Shown here one piece after another: positions 48,441-57,980 of a stretch of 64,000 bases of DNA. A program made the position numbers and the translations under genes. The notes below the pieces were generated by a model, which was given only the letters and a program-made list of their open reading frames with translations, was not told the DNA's origin and searched no databases. Position 1 is the stretch's first letter, and the number at the start of each line of letters is the position of its first letter. This DNA is from a virus (taxonomy: Duplodnaviria > Caudoviricetes): IMG/VR virus record IMGVR_UViG_3300029286_000011; one strand, 5' to 3'.

Positions 48441-50804
48441 TTACTTGCTGCCAGTGCAGTAAGCACGCACACCAACCTTAGCCAAGCGAATGGAAAGCTC
48501 AGCCTGTTGAGAAGCTGTCTTCTCTGGGTACGTTAGACCTACAGCCGTACGTACGTCGTTCAGATCATGTATGCGCTGTGCAAGCTTTACGAGTGTGACA
48601 AAAGCCTGCTGCTTCCTGTACGGCCATGCACGCTTGATAATAGTCTCTGCCAATGCGTGCAAGATGGCCGTCTTCTCTGCGGACAAGTGCATACCGTACT
48701 TACGACGTGACTGTATGAAACGACGAATCGGGCCATTGCCATTAAATATGCGGCGACGGCCATAGGACGCAGGATAACCACTCGCAGGCGTAGCAGGAGC
48801 CTGTACGGGTTCCTCTATCGTGTCCTTTATGTTGGCCATAGCCGATGCAGGAGCCGCGTCATCCATAGTGAAATTGGCTGCAGGATGCTCAGGTGCAGCT
48901 GCAAGCATATTGCCACCGTTAGGCGCAGGTGCTGATGCAGGAGATGGAGGAGCCATCATAGAAGCTGCACCTATGCCAAGCCTAGAAGCCAGCGATCCGC
49001 CATAAAGCGATCCAGCAGGTGCGGCAGCATTCGCAGCAGCCATACCTTCTATGGGCGCAGATGCACCAATAGAGATAGGCGGCTTGGGAACACTGGCACT
49101 CATAGAGGCCATACCAGGTATAGGCGCAGATGCACCAACAGACAAAGGCTCAGGAGTCGGCGCAGGAGCCTGCGGTGCAGCCATAGGCCTGGGCGCATAC
49201 ATAGGAGCCTGCCTACGGAAACCAAAACGAGCGCTAGTCTTCATCGATAACGGTTTCGCAGGCTTGGGTAGGCTAGATGCAGTTACAGGAGAAGGCTTAG
49301 GCTTGTATCCACCCTGCCACATATTCGTCGGGAAATCCGGTGCCGCCATGGGCTTCGGTGCCGAAGGTGTTACAGAGATCGAACGCTTAGGCGCTTGCGC
49401 AACAGGTGCAGGTGCAGGAGGAGGCTTAGGTACAGATCCGTACGTATCGACATTAGCACTAGGTAGCGGTGTAGACGCTCCTGGGGCCAGCCTAGCACCA
49501 GGAACCGTAGGAGCAGGAGCAGCCGGTTGAGTCGCTTGAGGTGCCGGTGCTGGAGGTTTCGGTAACGGCGGCGGCGCTGGAGGCGGCACAGTGTCTTTCA
49601 CATTAGCCATTGCTACAGGAGCAGGTGCAGCCTGCGGAACAGGCCTTTGTACATAAGTGCTGCCCATCTGATTACGTGCATTGTTGCCCGTGACGTTAAT
49701 GGCCGCAGCCGTACCAAGACCAGCCACATCAGGCATAGGGCCAGCTGTGGGCATAGGATTGGCAGCAGCTATATCCGCAGGTATCGGAATAGCTCCAGGT
49801 CCGTTGTACGAAGGCATACCAGGAGCTGTGCCAGACATGACAGTAGACTGACGAGGACGGTACGCAGGGCCACCAGCATTAGCAATGGCCCGTGTTTCAC
49901 TCTGTAGCTGCCTGAACGCTGGGTCAGACTGCAAACGACCTCTCGTAGCTGCGTGCAAACCATTGGCAGACGAGTCCACAGACGGCGGTGGGCCAGAGAA
50001 TGTCTTCTGAGCAATAGGTGACTCTTGACCACCCATAGCACCACCAAGATCGGCTGTAGACTTAGCCTGTGCATACTCGCGTGTAGCTGCACGATCAGCC
50101 TGCAGCTGCTGTATCTGCTCCGGTGTGAAGCGATCACTCACATTGCCGCCATAACGCTTCAATGCCTCAGGGCTGGCATTACGAAGCGTACTGCGCATGT
50201 AACGACGCTCACGAGCAGCCATCTCTTCACCACGATTGCCAAGACGACCCCAGTTGGCCGGCAAAGGCTCTGCTTGTCCCTTAGCCTGAACAGGCGCAGG
50301 TGCAGGGGCAGGCTCAGGTGTCGGCTCAGGAACAGGATCTTTGATGTTGGCTACGGCCGGTGCAGGAGTTGGCTCAGGCGCAGGTGCCGGAACCGGAGGA
50401 GGCGGCGGTGTAGACACGGGCTGCCATGACGGCGTGCCAAAAAAGGCCGAGGCCGCAGATTGGCCAAGCATTGCGTCGGATAAGCCACGATCTGTATTGC
50501 CAGAAGAGCTTAGTCCAAATAGCGGTACGCCGTTGGCAGGACCGACAGTGAACTCAGGCGCAGGATTGGCTCGCCTGGCATCCAGCTGCGGTGTATTGCC
50601 GCGTGCAGGTCCTGGCTGAGTCAAAGGCGTGTACGGCCGATTGGTAGACAGCGAGTTAGCAATGCTGTCCAATGCCGATGAGGTTGCCTTTGAGCTATCG
50701 GGCAGCGAGGCAGCGAGCTGACCTAGATCCGACACGTTGACAATTGGCATTACTAAGCTCCTACGGGATCCGTCCCCGAAATGTTGTTCAACAGAGCAAC
50801 GCAC
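48441..50804 (-). CDS. Pro/Ala-rich low-complexity protein (candidate virion protein)
   Basis: PAPAP tracts and a recurring ANIKD/ANVKD motif. The likely start is the ATG at 50750. Confidence 0.65.
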   Translation of the reverse strand: MRCSVEQHFGDGSRRSLVMPIVNVSDLGQLAASLPDSSKATSSALDSIANSLSTNRPYTPLTQPGPARGNTPQLDARRANPAPEFTVGPANGVPLFGLSSSGNTDRGLSDAMLGQSAASAFFGTPSWQPVSTPPPPPVPAPAPEPTPAPAVANIKDPVPEPTPEPAPAPAPVQAKGQAEPLPANWGRLGNRGEEMAARERRYMRSTLRNASPEALKRYGGNVSDRFTPEQIQQLQADRAATREYAQAKSTADLGGAMGGQESPIAQKTFSGPPPSVDSSANGLHAATRGRLQSDPAFRQLQSETRAIANAGGPAYRPRQSTVMSGTAPGMPSYNGPGAIPIPADIAAANPMPTAGPMPDVAGLGTAAAINVTGNNARNQMGSTYVQRPVPQAAPAPVAMANVKDTVPPPAPPPLPKPPAPAPQATQPAAPAPTVPGARLAPGASTPLPSANVDTYGSVPKPPPAPAPVAQAPKRSISVTPSAPKPMAAPDFPTNMWQGGYKPKPSPVTASSLPKPAKPLSMKTSARFGFRRQAPMYAPRPMAAPQAPAPTPEPLSVGASAPIPGMASMSASVPKPPISIGASAPIEGMAAANAAAPAGSLYGGSLASRLGIGAASMMAPPSPASAPAPNGGNMLAAAPEHPAANFTMDDAAPASAMANIKDTIEEPVQAPATPASGYPASYGRRRIFNGNGPIRRFIQSRRKYGMHLSAEKTAILHALAETIIKRAWPYRKQQAFVTLVKLAQRIHDLNDVRTAVGLTYPEKTASQQAELSIRLAKVGVRAYCTGSK

Positions 50805-51019
50805 AGCTGATTAAGGCTTGTGCGCCGTTTGTGCGATTCGTCCTTGAGCGCCTGATGCAATGCGGCAGGTATACGCAATGATACCGGCCGCATGTCCATG
50901 GTCTGTAATTGACCAAAGTCGACAAGCTGCCGAGTGGACTGTAGTTCGTAGAGTTCGTTTATGGCGTTGGCAATCTCTTGCAGACGCCCTTCCGTGTCGT
51001 CGGAACGGAATACAAACAT
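50753..51019 (-). CDS. Ribbon-helix-helix (HicB/CopG-like) DNA-binding protein
   Basis: VSLRIPAALHQALKDESHKRRTSLNQLCVALL. Confidence 0.8.
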   Translation of the reverse strand: MFVFRSDDTEGRLQEIANAINELYELQSTRQLVDFGQLQTMDMRPVSLRIPAALHQALKDESHKRRTSLNQLCVALLNNISGTDPVGA

Positions 51020-51110
51020 TGTTGCTGTTTCCCTGTGGATTCCGTTACTGCGCTAGCTAGTTTTCATTATACGGAAGGGCGTCTGCATTACCTAGGCGGC
51101 TAGATAACGG

Positions 51111-51740
51111 CTACCATGACGACGAAGGCGTAGAGCCTGGCGGCGGGTCAGCTCGGATGACATCAGGCGAGTCGTTAGCAGGCGTATCAGATACAGCCAC
51201 CCAATGAAATAGGTCGTCTGATGCGTTTTCCTCTTCATCCTCTGACTCGTCCTCTGGCTCGTCCTCTGGCTCATACTCTGACTCTTCGTCATTAGACTCG
51301 TATTCATCTTCATCTTCATCTTCTTCTTCGTCGTCATCATCACGGTAGCCATCAAGCTCAGATTCTTCTTCATCGTCCAACCGCAGCTGATCGTAGTAGC
51401 CGTAGTTGAACGAGAAATATATGAGCCTAATGCCTACAGCATAAAAGCCTAACAATATTCGCTGTAGCGCTGGACTGAAGCCGGCAGCAGTAAGCATGGC
51501 TACTGACATGCTTCGACCAGAAGCCATATCGATCAGTACGACCATGTCAGACGTGAAAGCTACGCTGAAACCAGGTGCGCTATAGCCTAGTGTTGCTCGA
51601 GCAGATAAACGCCTACGGTCCTCAGACGTTATATGGTCGAAATGCACAAAGGCCAGCTTGCTTGACTCATTAGCTATGAACCGACAAAAGTCTTCAGGAA
51701 GATCAAAGGCCATCAGTCTCGTGCTCCTGCTGCAGTTCAC
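51111..51740 (-). CDS. Hypothetical protein with highly acidic C-terminal tract
   Basis: DDEEESELDGYRDDDDEEEDEDEDEYES. Confidence 0.65.
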   Translation of the reverse strand: MNCSRSTRLMAFDLPEDFCRFIANESSKLAFVHFDHITSEDRRRLSARATLGYSAPGFSVAFTSDMVVLIDMASGRSMSVAMLTAAGFSPALQRILLGFYAVGIRLIYFSFNYGYYDQLRLDDEEESELDGYRDDDDEEEDEDEDEYESNDEESEYEPEDEPEDESEDEEENASDDLFHWVAVSDTPANDSPDVIRADPPPGSTPSSSW

Positions 51741-52290
51741 GCTGTATAGAGGCTATGGGTCCTTTGCCCATAGCAACAGCCTGCTCGTCCCTGAGCCTGT
51801 TGAATCCCATCTGACGAACAAGATCCATTAGGCCTTCCGTGGCAAACTTGATCTGTGTGCACAAGAAGCCTTCAGTCAGCCGCTCTTCAGGCTTGAACTT
51901 CGTGCTCGTTTGCACCTGCCAAGCCTTCTCACCAGCGTAGCCCGCCGTTACGGCTACGTGTAGAAACATTGGTGTTTCTTTCACAGGCGGCTGCGCAGAA
52001 CGGCTGATGCTATCCCAAAAGCTGAGCAGCATTGCAAACGCATCGTAGTTGTCGCTGAATATAGCCTGTAGATATGCGCACTCGTCCGCGCCCAAAGCCA
52101 GGCCCTCTGGCGGATCTCTGGAAAGCAAAGCAAGACTGACACCTGGCTGATCATGCGCCAGGCACCAACGAAGGAAGCGTTTGACCTCGACCGATTTGAC
52201 CTGCTCGCTGTCCAACGACATTGCAGCGGTGTACTCGCGAAACAGGTACTTCAAGACTTCGATGATAAGACGTGCGTCAATTTTGGCCAT
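51703..52290 (-). CDS. Hypothetical protein
   Basis: 195 aa ORF following a terminator and palindrome copy 4. Confidence 0.6.
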   Translation of the reverse strand: MAKIDARLIIEVLKYLFREYTAAMSLDSEQVKSVEVKRFLRWCLAHDQPGVSLALLSRDPPEGLALGADECAYLQAIFSDNYDAFAMLLSFWDSISRSAQPPVKETPMFLHVAVTAGYAGEKAWQVQTSTKFKPEERLTEGFLCTQIKFATEGLMDLVRQMGFNRLRDEQAVAMGKGPIASIQRELQQEHETDGL

Positions 52291-52301
52291 CCGGCACCTG
52301 T

Positions 52302-52323
52302 GAGATGTAATTAGCGCTAATTA
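52302..52323. promoter_or_regulatory. GAGATGTAATTAGCGCTAATTA (palindrome copy 4)
   Basis: Between a terminator and the next ATG at 52290. Confidence 0.6.
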
Positions 52324-52335
52324 AATTCACCAATG

Positions 52336-52359
52336 AAAAAGGGCCACCTGAGTGGCCCT
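52336..52359 (-). terminator. Rho-independent terminator
   Basis: AGGGCCAC-TCAG-GTGGCCCT followed by TTTT on the minus strand. Confidence 0.8.
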
Positions 52360-52707
52360 ATCGTCCGCAAACTGTTACTGGCTAACCGCTTACGCGAACT
52401 TCGCCAGCGGGCGGCAAACCACCGGTCACAGACGGAATACGCCCAGTGACCGCGCAAACGCCGCTAACAGGCGCACTGACGCCCTGAACAGGTGCCAATG
52501 CAAACTGCTGACCGTTTGCCAGCTGAATCGTGTAGTTGCCAGTGCCTGGCCCGTAGGAAAGACCCACAGGACGAACCCTGGACAGATACGCGTCAGCGCC
52601 GCTACAAAAGCTGCGCACATCCGCCGGGATGTCGCCGTTCGGATATAGCAGATTGCACAAAAACTCTGTAAAGCACTTCTGCATGATCACTCCTTCAGAA
52701 TGACTTG

Positions 52708-53310
52708 TTACTGTTTGTAGATCTTCGGCTCAACGGCAGCACCGGCTAAGCCATTGATGTCGTTCTTCACTGCTGATCGCAAGTCGTTGAGTTCGCGTAT
52801 ACGCATAGACGTACGAATGTACTCTAACGATTGCTGCATTGTGAACTGATCAGGATCGTACGTGTACTTGCGTATCTTTGTCTCTAAGACCCACAACTCC
52901 AAATGGATCTTGTCCAACTTATTTATCGGCTCGGCCAGCTTGGCATGAGTGCGCAACAAGAAATTGACGTTACTGCCATTTTCCTTATAGTCTAGCCACG
53001 TCTGCATATCAAAGGCCTTGAGTAGGCTACAACTGCAGTTGTTCGCCAGCTCGGATACGGCTGCGTACTTTGACGACAGCTCGTCATCGCTCAGGCTGAG
53101 AAGCTTAAGCCGCAATATGATCCAGCGATCAATCATCTCAGCAAGAGTCACCGTCATCTTGCCCGAAGCAGGAAGCTTAGGTGGCTCCGTGGACTTAACA
53201 CGCAGAACTGCTGACCTTTCTCGGACAGAAAAGGTCTTCCACGCATCGCGCAAGATAGTGGCAAAACGCCCGCTCATGTCTTCGGCTTCCTTTTCTGACC
53301 GTACAGCCAT
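52708..53310 (-). CDS. DUF6165-like helical protein
   Basis: TLAEMIDRWIILRLK..LWVLETKIR..ELNDLRSAVKNDIN..EPKIY matches the DUF6165 pattern often found near glycosyltransferases. Confidence 0.55.
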   Translation of the reverse strand: MAVRSEKEAEDMSGRFATILRDAWKTFSVRERSAVLRVKSTEPPKLPASGKMTVTLAEMIDRWIILRLKLLSLSDDELSSKYAAVSELANNCSCSLLKAFDMQTWLDYKENGSNVNFLLRTHAKLAEPINKLDKIHLELWVLETKIRKYTYDPDQFTMQQSLEYIRTSMRIRELNDLRSAVKNDINGLAGAAVEPKIYKQ

Positions 53311-53428
53311 GGCGGCTGCGAATTGGTTGGTTTGTCCGTCAGCGCTTTATTGACTTCATCGCGGTGCTCCTGTGTAGCTACGGGTAGTAACGAGGTACGT
53401 CTGGCCACTCTCTTAGCGGCCTGTTCGC

Positions 53429-54490
53429 CTAGATCTTTCGAGTCCATACGTTGTCTCCTATGGCTTCTTCCAGTCTAGGCGAGATCAGCGACGACAGCAA
53501 TTCACGCGATTCCGATTGCTTACTAAGCAGTTTGCTGCGTACTTCTGCTGCCATAGCCCTGAGCCTGGAAAACCTTGCACGAATGTGGAACATGCCGTGA
53601 ACTATCTCACGTAACACATCCAGGTTCGGGCTCATGCTGTGTATGTCGGGCCACAGCACAGTAGTTTCGCCTTTCAGCAGCACCTCAGGAATGTCCGCAT
53701 ACAGCTCAGCAGTCTGTACACAGTTAGGTGCAATCACAGGCGTACCGCTAAGCAGCATCTCTGTTAAGTACAGCTGCAGGGACGATACACCGGCATAATA
53801 GATGGCCTGATGTGAAAGATACAAGTCGTGCCTTACATCTTCAGACGGGCCAGAGACTATAGTCACCCTGTCTCCATACTGATTCAGTTGAGGACAACGC
53901 AATCGTTTGGAGCTGTATTCATCCAGCCACAACGTGACACGAATAGGTTCGTCGTCTAGCAGCATGGAGATGACATTGAAGATGGTTGAAGCCTGTGTGC
54001 GCATGGTATACGAATCGGCATACACCAGTATGCTAGGCTCCGACGCCATGTTCGCTGTGGCTACATCAGGAATCCACTGTAGCACAATGGGATTGAACAT
54101 CGGGCTTTCACGCAGAAACTCAGCAGCAGTTGCCGAGCTGCCGCATAGTATACCCGTGCAGAAGCGTAGGAACTCCCAATGCCTATCTTTCATCCTGTCT
54201 GGCGTGAATATGGCGAATTCTCGTTGCCATGGCTCAGCCTTCAGTTCCTTGTACAGATCAGTAACACCTGTGAAGATCACCTGTTGTTCTTTGTGCCACT
54301 TCTTCAGTGTGTCTAGCTGATCGCCATAGTTCACGCGTACGTCCCACACCGAGTATGAGTTTCGTCGTGACGGCGTTGGTGACATCCAGCTCACTTCGTG
54401 TCCAATAGTCACCAGATAGTCTGCAACCGACTGCAGCCAACTTCTTGTCTCTGTACTGCTGTAGTCAGCCAAGATGCCAACCTGACTCAT
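53429..54490 (-). CDS. Glycosyltransferase-like (GT-B, divergent)
   Basis: C-terminal LYLSHQAIYYAG..LYLTEMLLSGTPVIAPN resembles the GT4 E-x7-E / G.PV region. The start is set at the ATGA overlap at 54490. Confidence 0.5.
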   Translation of the reverse strand: MSQVGILADYSSTETRSWLQSVADYLVTIGHEVSWMSPTPSRRNSYSVWDVRVNYGDQLDTLKKWHKEQQVIFTGVTDLYKELKAEPWQREFAIFTPDRMKDRHWEFLRFCTGILCGSSATAAEFLRESPMFNPIVLQWIPDVATANMASEPSILVYADSYTMRTQASTIFNVISMLLDDEPIRVTLWLDEYSSKRLRCPQLNQYGDRVTIVSGPSEDVRHDLYLSHQAIYYAGVSSLQLYLTEMLLSGTPVIAPNCVQTAELYADIPEVLLKGETTVLWPDIHSMSPNLDVLREIVHGMFHIRARFSRLRAMAAEVRSKLLSKQSESRELLSSLISPRLEEAIGDNVWTRKI

Positions 54491-55143
54491 CTGTGCGCTC
54501 TCCCTTGGAAGTAAGGACAATGCAAACGATCCTGTGAAAATGTCGTGTAGTGCATTCCTTGCCTCCACACACAGTAATCAAAGCTGAGCTGGTCCCTGAC
54601 ACTGTTGTTAGACAACTCATGCCACCACAGCTCATTGAACACACGCACTTGGTCTGAATGTCGTCTAATCAATGCACAAGTCTCAGCCAGACCGTTGTTG
54701 GCAGGATAGCCTTCCTGCTTGTATCCGAAGATCTGACGCTGCATAACAACAGGGTCATCTTTCTTCAGACGCAGACATGCGGATAGTTCTTCGTACACGC
54801 AGCTACGTTGACGATGCTTGAACACGGCAATATCTGTGCTTGTCAGATAGCGCTGCACAAGCTGTTCTGGATCACACAACGGTGTGAAGTTGCCATCCAC
54901 CCATAGCGTGTAATCGGCAGATGGAAACACAACATGAGACAGCAACTTGTGCTGTCTGGCCTTACGCTGGGCATTCACATGGCTGAATACAGAAGGCAGA
55001 ATCTCCCAGCCAGATAGTCGTTGTGGCGTCTTCACATCCATGAAGGCAACACAACGAGTACCGGGTGAGACAGTGGGCAGATACAGATGATCTTTAGCCA
55101 CCATTGGGCCGAAGATTGCTGTGTAGACTACGGTACCGGACAT
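54487..55143 (-). CDS. DUF616 / TOD1-MUCI70-type glycosyltransferase-like protein
   Basis: VVYTAIFG..D..KLLSH..TLWVDGN..FKHRQRSCVYEE..RDQLSFDYCVW. Confidence 0.85.
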   Translation of the reverse strand: MSGTVVYTAIFGPMVAKDHLYLPTVSPGTRCVAFMDVKTPQRLSGWEILPSVFSHVNAQRKARQHKLLSHVVFPSADYTLWVDGNFTPLCDPEQLVQRYLTSTDIAVFKHRQRSCVYEELSACLRLKKDDPVVMQRQIFGYKQEGYPANNGLAETCALIRRHSDQVRVFNELWWHELSNNSVRDQLSFDYCVWRQGMHYTTFSQDRLHCPYFQGRAHR

Positions 55144-55910
55144 TGCCTAGGCTCCTCAGCACTAGACGCTCTGTACCAGCCCGTATGCTTGTGTTTGTCG
55201 CCACGCGACACAGCTCTGTAGTGGAATACAAAACTAGATGGCACAAAGCCTATCCTGAAACGTCTAGTTAGCCAGCGTGTTTGAAGCTCGTCCTCATTGC
55301 CTGTCAGCTTGTACTTAGGGTCAAACACGTACTGCTTATTAAACGCTCCAGCCCACCACACGTCTGTTCTAGCTACTGTGCAGTAGCCATTGATCTTGCT
55401 GGAGACTATGCCTGTCCTAGCGTGCCTAGACTGTAACTCTGCGGCTACCGTTGCCAGGTCTGCAGGATCGTCAGATGTGACATAGCCGGGCAGATAACGT
55501 GTAACTGATTGACGCTGCCTATTGGTTCTTCCAGGCGCGTTAGTTATCGGGCCCAACAAATGCCAGCCACCAGCCAGTCCTGCTCGCACAGGTTCCCACC
55601 AACCCGGTGTGAATATGATGTCTGAGTTACCCGCTATGGCGTATGTGAATCCATGCGACCTTGCGTAGGTCAGGCCGTGATTCCACGAGCGAGTAAGGCC
55701 GTCTTGTCGACCAAACCTATAGATCTGAATACGGTCGCGCGGTAGGTCATGAGCCCAGGCAGCCCAGTTCTGCTGATCAAAGCCAGGAGAACAATCATCA
55801 ACAACCAGCGCAAAAGAGTCTGGTGGAGAATGTTGCAGAAAACTGGCCACAGCACGACGACTGTATACGAACTTGCCGTAGCTTGGGCAGATAAACAGTA
55901 AGCGGCCCAT
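55128..55910 (-). CDS. GT2-family glycosyltransferase
   Basis: LVVDDCS..GLTRSWNHGL..GNSDIIF..GPITN..INGYC..GNEDE..SSFVFHYR. Confidence 0.85.
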   Translation of the reverse strand: MGRLLFICPSYGKFVYSRRAVASFLQHSPPDSFALVVDDCSPGFDQQNWAAWAHDLPRDRIQIYRFGRQDGLTRSWNHGLTYARSHGFTYAIAGNSDIIFTPGWWEPVRAGLAGGWHLLGPITNAPGRTNRQRQSVTRYLPGYVTSDDPADLATVAAELQSRHARTGIVSSKINGYCTVARTDVWWAGAFNKQYVFDPKYKLTGNEDELQTRWLTRRFRIGFVPSSFVFHYRAVSRGDKHKHTGWYRASSAEEPRQCPVP

Positions 55911-55919
55911 AACACGCCT

Positions 55920-57815
55920 TTATTGCTGGGCTGGCTGCTGACCAAGCAGCATTGCGCCGCCGGCTGTTTGTGCACGAGAGCGAATCTCTTCCATCTTCTC
56001 CTGCACGACAGCGTGAAGCATGTTGTTCTTCTGCTTCAGTTGTCGCAGCTCACTGTCCTTCTGGGACTCAGGCAGCGCTAGTAATTGATTGGCCAAGCTT
56101 TCAGCCTGAGCCATTATATCCTGCGGCGACATAGGCACGTTAGCCGATGACAGCATCGCAGACACAGGACCGCCAGGCATACCGGCTGCACCGCCAGGAC
56201 CAGCAGGTGCGCCGCCTGGGCCGGCTGGAACGCCGCCAGGAGGCATTCCGCCGGCCGGTGCTGGCATTTGTCCCTTGGCAATCTGCTCACCAAAGGCAGA
56301 CTGATCCATCTCCTCTTGAACCCTGGCCTGCGTCTCCTGCTGGAATCGAGACTCTTCGGCAATGCCGCGAACCTCGTCCTTGTATTCGATACCCAGCGCA
56401 CGCAATGCCGTGGTTTGACTTATGACACCGCCCATGGACAACTGCAGTATCATCATCTGCTTCTGTACGTCGTCGGCGTATGTAACGCGGCGCATACGGG
56501 CAGATACACGCTCCCAAGACAACAACTGGCTGACCTGCTCTACAAACCAGTACAGGAAGCGATTGTTGCTGGCCGGTAGATGGCTCCACGTAGCCTCTAG
56601 CAGCCGCAGGGAAATGGGCATGGCATCAAGACGCATTGTTCCCTGGTGGAACTCAACAGGCGCACCTGAGCCATTAAGCAGCGTGTTGTTAGCTTGTTCG
56701 ATCTGATCACGCGGTGCCAGGTTGGCAGCCTCGCCACCAACGAGATGGTATCGAATAGGATGCGATACCACATGCCAGCTGGCAGGGTCCTGTCGACGTC
56801 GGCGCAAGGCATCGAGCATCTGATACGTGAAATCACTACCAGACATCCCTATGAGCGGATCAGTTAGAGCGCCCTGACTCATAGGATTTCCGTTACGCAC
56901 TTCAGGCGTGATGATACGCAAAGGCACAATGAAGTCCATGGCAATGGCTTCATTCATCCTGCGCAGAACCTGGCAGTGAAACACGTCACGGAAGTTAATC
57001 AACGACCTGGGCAGGCCCCATCCACGATTGGGTATGCCTGATAACGTCGGCTCCATCATATGGAACAATACGTTAGGCCCAAACATGAACAGCTGGTTTT
57101 TGCTTATGGCGTCGATAACAGGCAGCGGCGTACGCTCGAGAATGAACATATCGCCATTGGTGACCTGCTGCTTATAGTCCTGCGGAATCTTCCACAGGTA
57201 AGCGCGTTCACCGGTATACGGATCTGTGAGTATCTCTATCTCGTGCGGGGACCAGTGCTTGAGACTGAGCGACTGCTCCAGATTGACAGGCTGGTCATTA
57301 ACGATCCACTCACCACGATAGCCGCTGCCTGTCTTGCAGTTCGGGCATGTGGCAATGAACTTGAACCTGTCCCACTTGAACTTGAACTGAGAATGCCCGT
57401 CAACCTCTCGCAGCAAGTACTGGTTGTAGCATTTGGGACATACCAGAAAGCGCTGGAACGGTACGACAAATGACGTAAAGCCGTTGCCGTAGGCGATACA
57501 GTCGCGGTCTAGTGACTGTATGTCGTCCAGTATGTGGATTCGGTCCTCGCAGAAGCTTCTATACTTTTCTTTCTCGTCATCGCCTAGACGCGAGATAGTA
57601 TCCACAGCGCCTATCTCAACGGCTGTAAGAAAGTAGGCAATGATCCGCTCCATTGCCATTCGATATGTCGAGTTGTTCTGGAATATGAACTCACCCCAAC
57701 GCAGCATTTCACGAATGCCGGTAGGCATCATGCTGCTGGCAATGTCCTGCCACGGATTGGGGAAGGCCCCGCTGCCTGAGCGTGACCCAAACATACCTTG
57801 CATATAGTCAGCCAT
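55920..57815 (-). CDS. Putative portal protein with zinc-ribbon insertion
   Basis: Size and helical character are portal-like: LKHWSPHEIEI..YLWKIP, FHMMEPTLSG..WGLP, and a Gly/Pro/Gln-rich tail. It carries a CPKC..CPNC insertion. The assignment is by resemblance only. Confidence 0.45.
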   Translation of the reverse strand: MADYMQGMFGSRSGSGAFPNPWQDIASSMMPTGIREMLRWGEFIFQNNSTYRMAMERIIAYFLTAVEIGAVDTISRLGDDEKEKYRSFCEDRIHILDDIQSLDRDCIAYGNGFTSFVVPFQRFLVCPKCYNQYLLREVDGHSQFKFKWDRFKFIATCPNCKTGSGYRGEWIVNDQPVNLEQSLSLKHWSPHEIEILTDPYTGERAYLWKIPQDYKQQVTNGDMFILERTPLPVIDAISKNQLFMFGPNVLFHMMEPTLSGIPNRGWGLPRSLINFRDVFHCQVLRRMNEAIAMDFIVPLRIITPEVRNGNPMSQGALTDPLIGMSGSDFTYQMLDALRRRRQDPASWHVVSHPIRYHLVGGEAANLAPRDQIEQANNTLLNGSGAPVEFHQGTMRLDAMPISLRLLEATWSHLPASNNRFLYWFVEQVSQLLSWERVSARMRRVTYADDVQKQMMILQLSMGGVISQTTALRALGIEYKDEVRGIAEESRFQQETQARVQEEMDQSAFGEQIAKGQMPAPAGGMPPGGVPAGPGGAPAGPGGAAGMPGGPVSAMLSSANVPMSPQDIMAQAESLANQLLALPESQKDSELRQLKQKNNMLHAVVQEKMEEIRSRAQTAGGAMLLGQQPAQQ

Positions 57816-57980
57816 CTACGACCTCCGTGTGTTGGGCCAGCTTAGCAGCTTTCCTTAGCCACTTTAGATGCCCTAGCAACAACATGCTCTTCCAGCTGTT
57901 CCGCAGTCTTATCTGCAGGTCGCTCTGCCGGTGTGATGCCAGGTTCAATGACTCCGCGCTTTTCCATGCGCTCGGCAGTG

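Noticed and set aside
47900-50450. GCAGG/CCTGC-rich quasi-repeats
   Set aside because: Explained by Pro/Ala codons of low-complexity proteins; there is no fixed DNA period.
51230-51380. TCTTCATC/TCGTC microsatellite-like tract
   Set aside because: It encodes a poly-Asp/Glu tail and is not an independent element.
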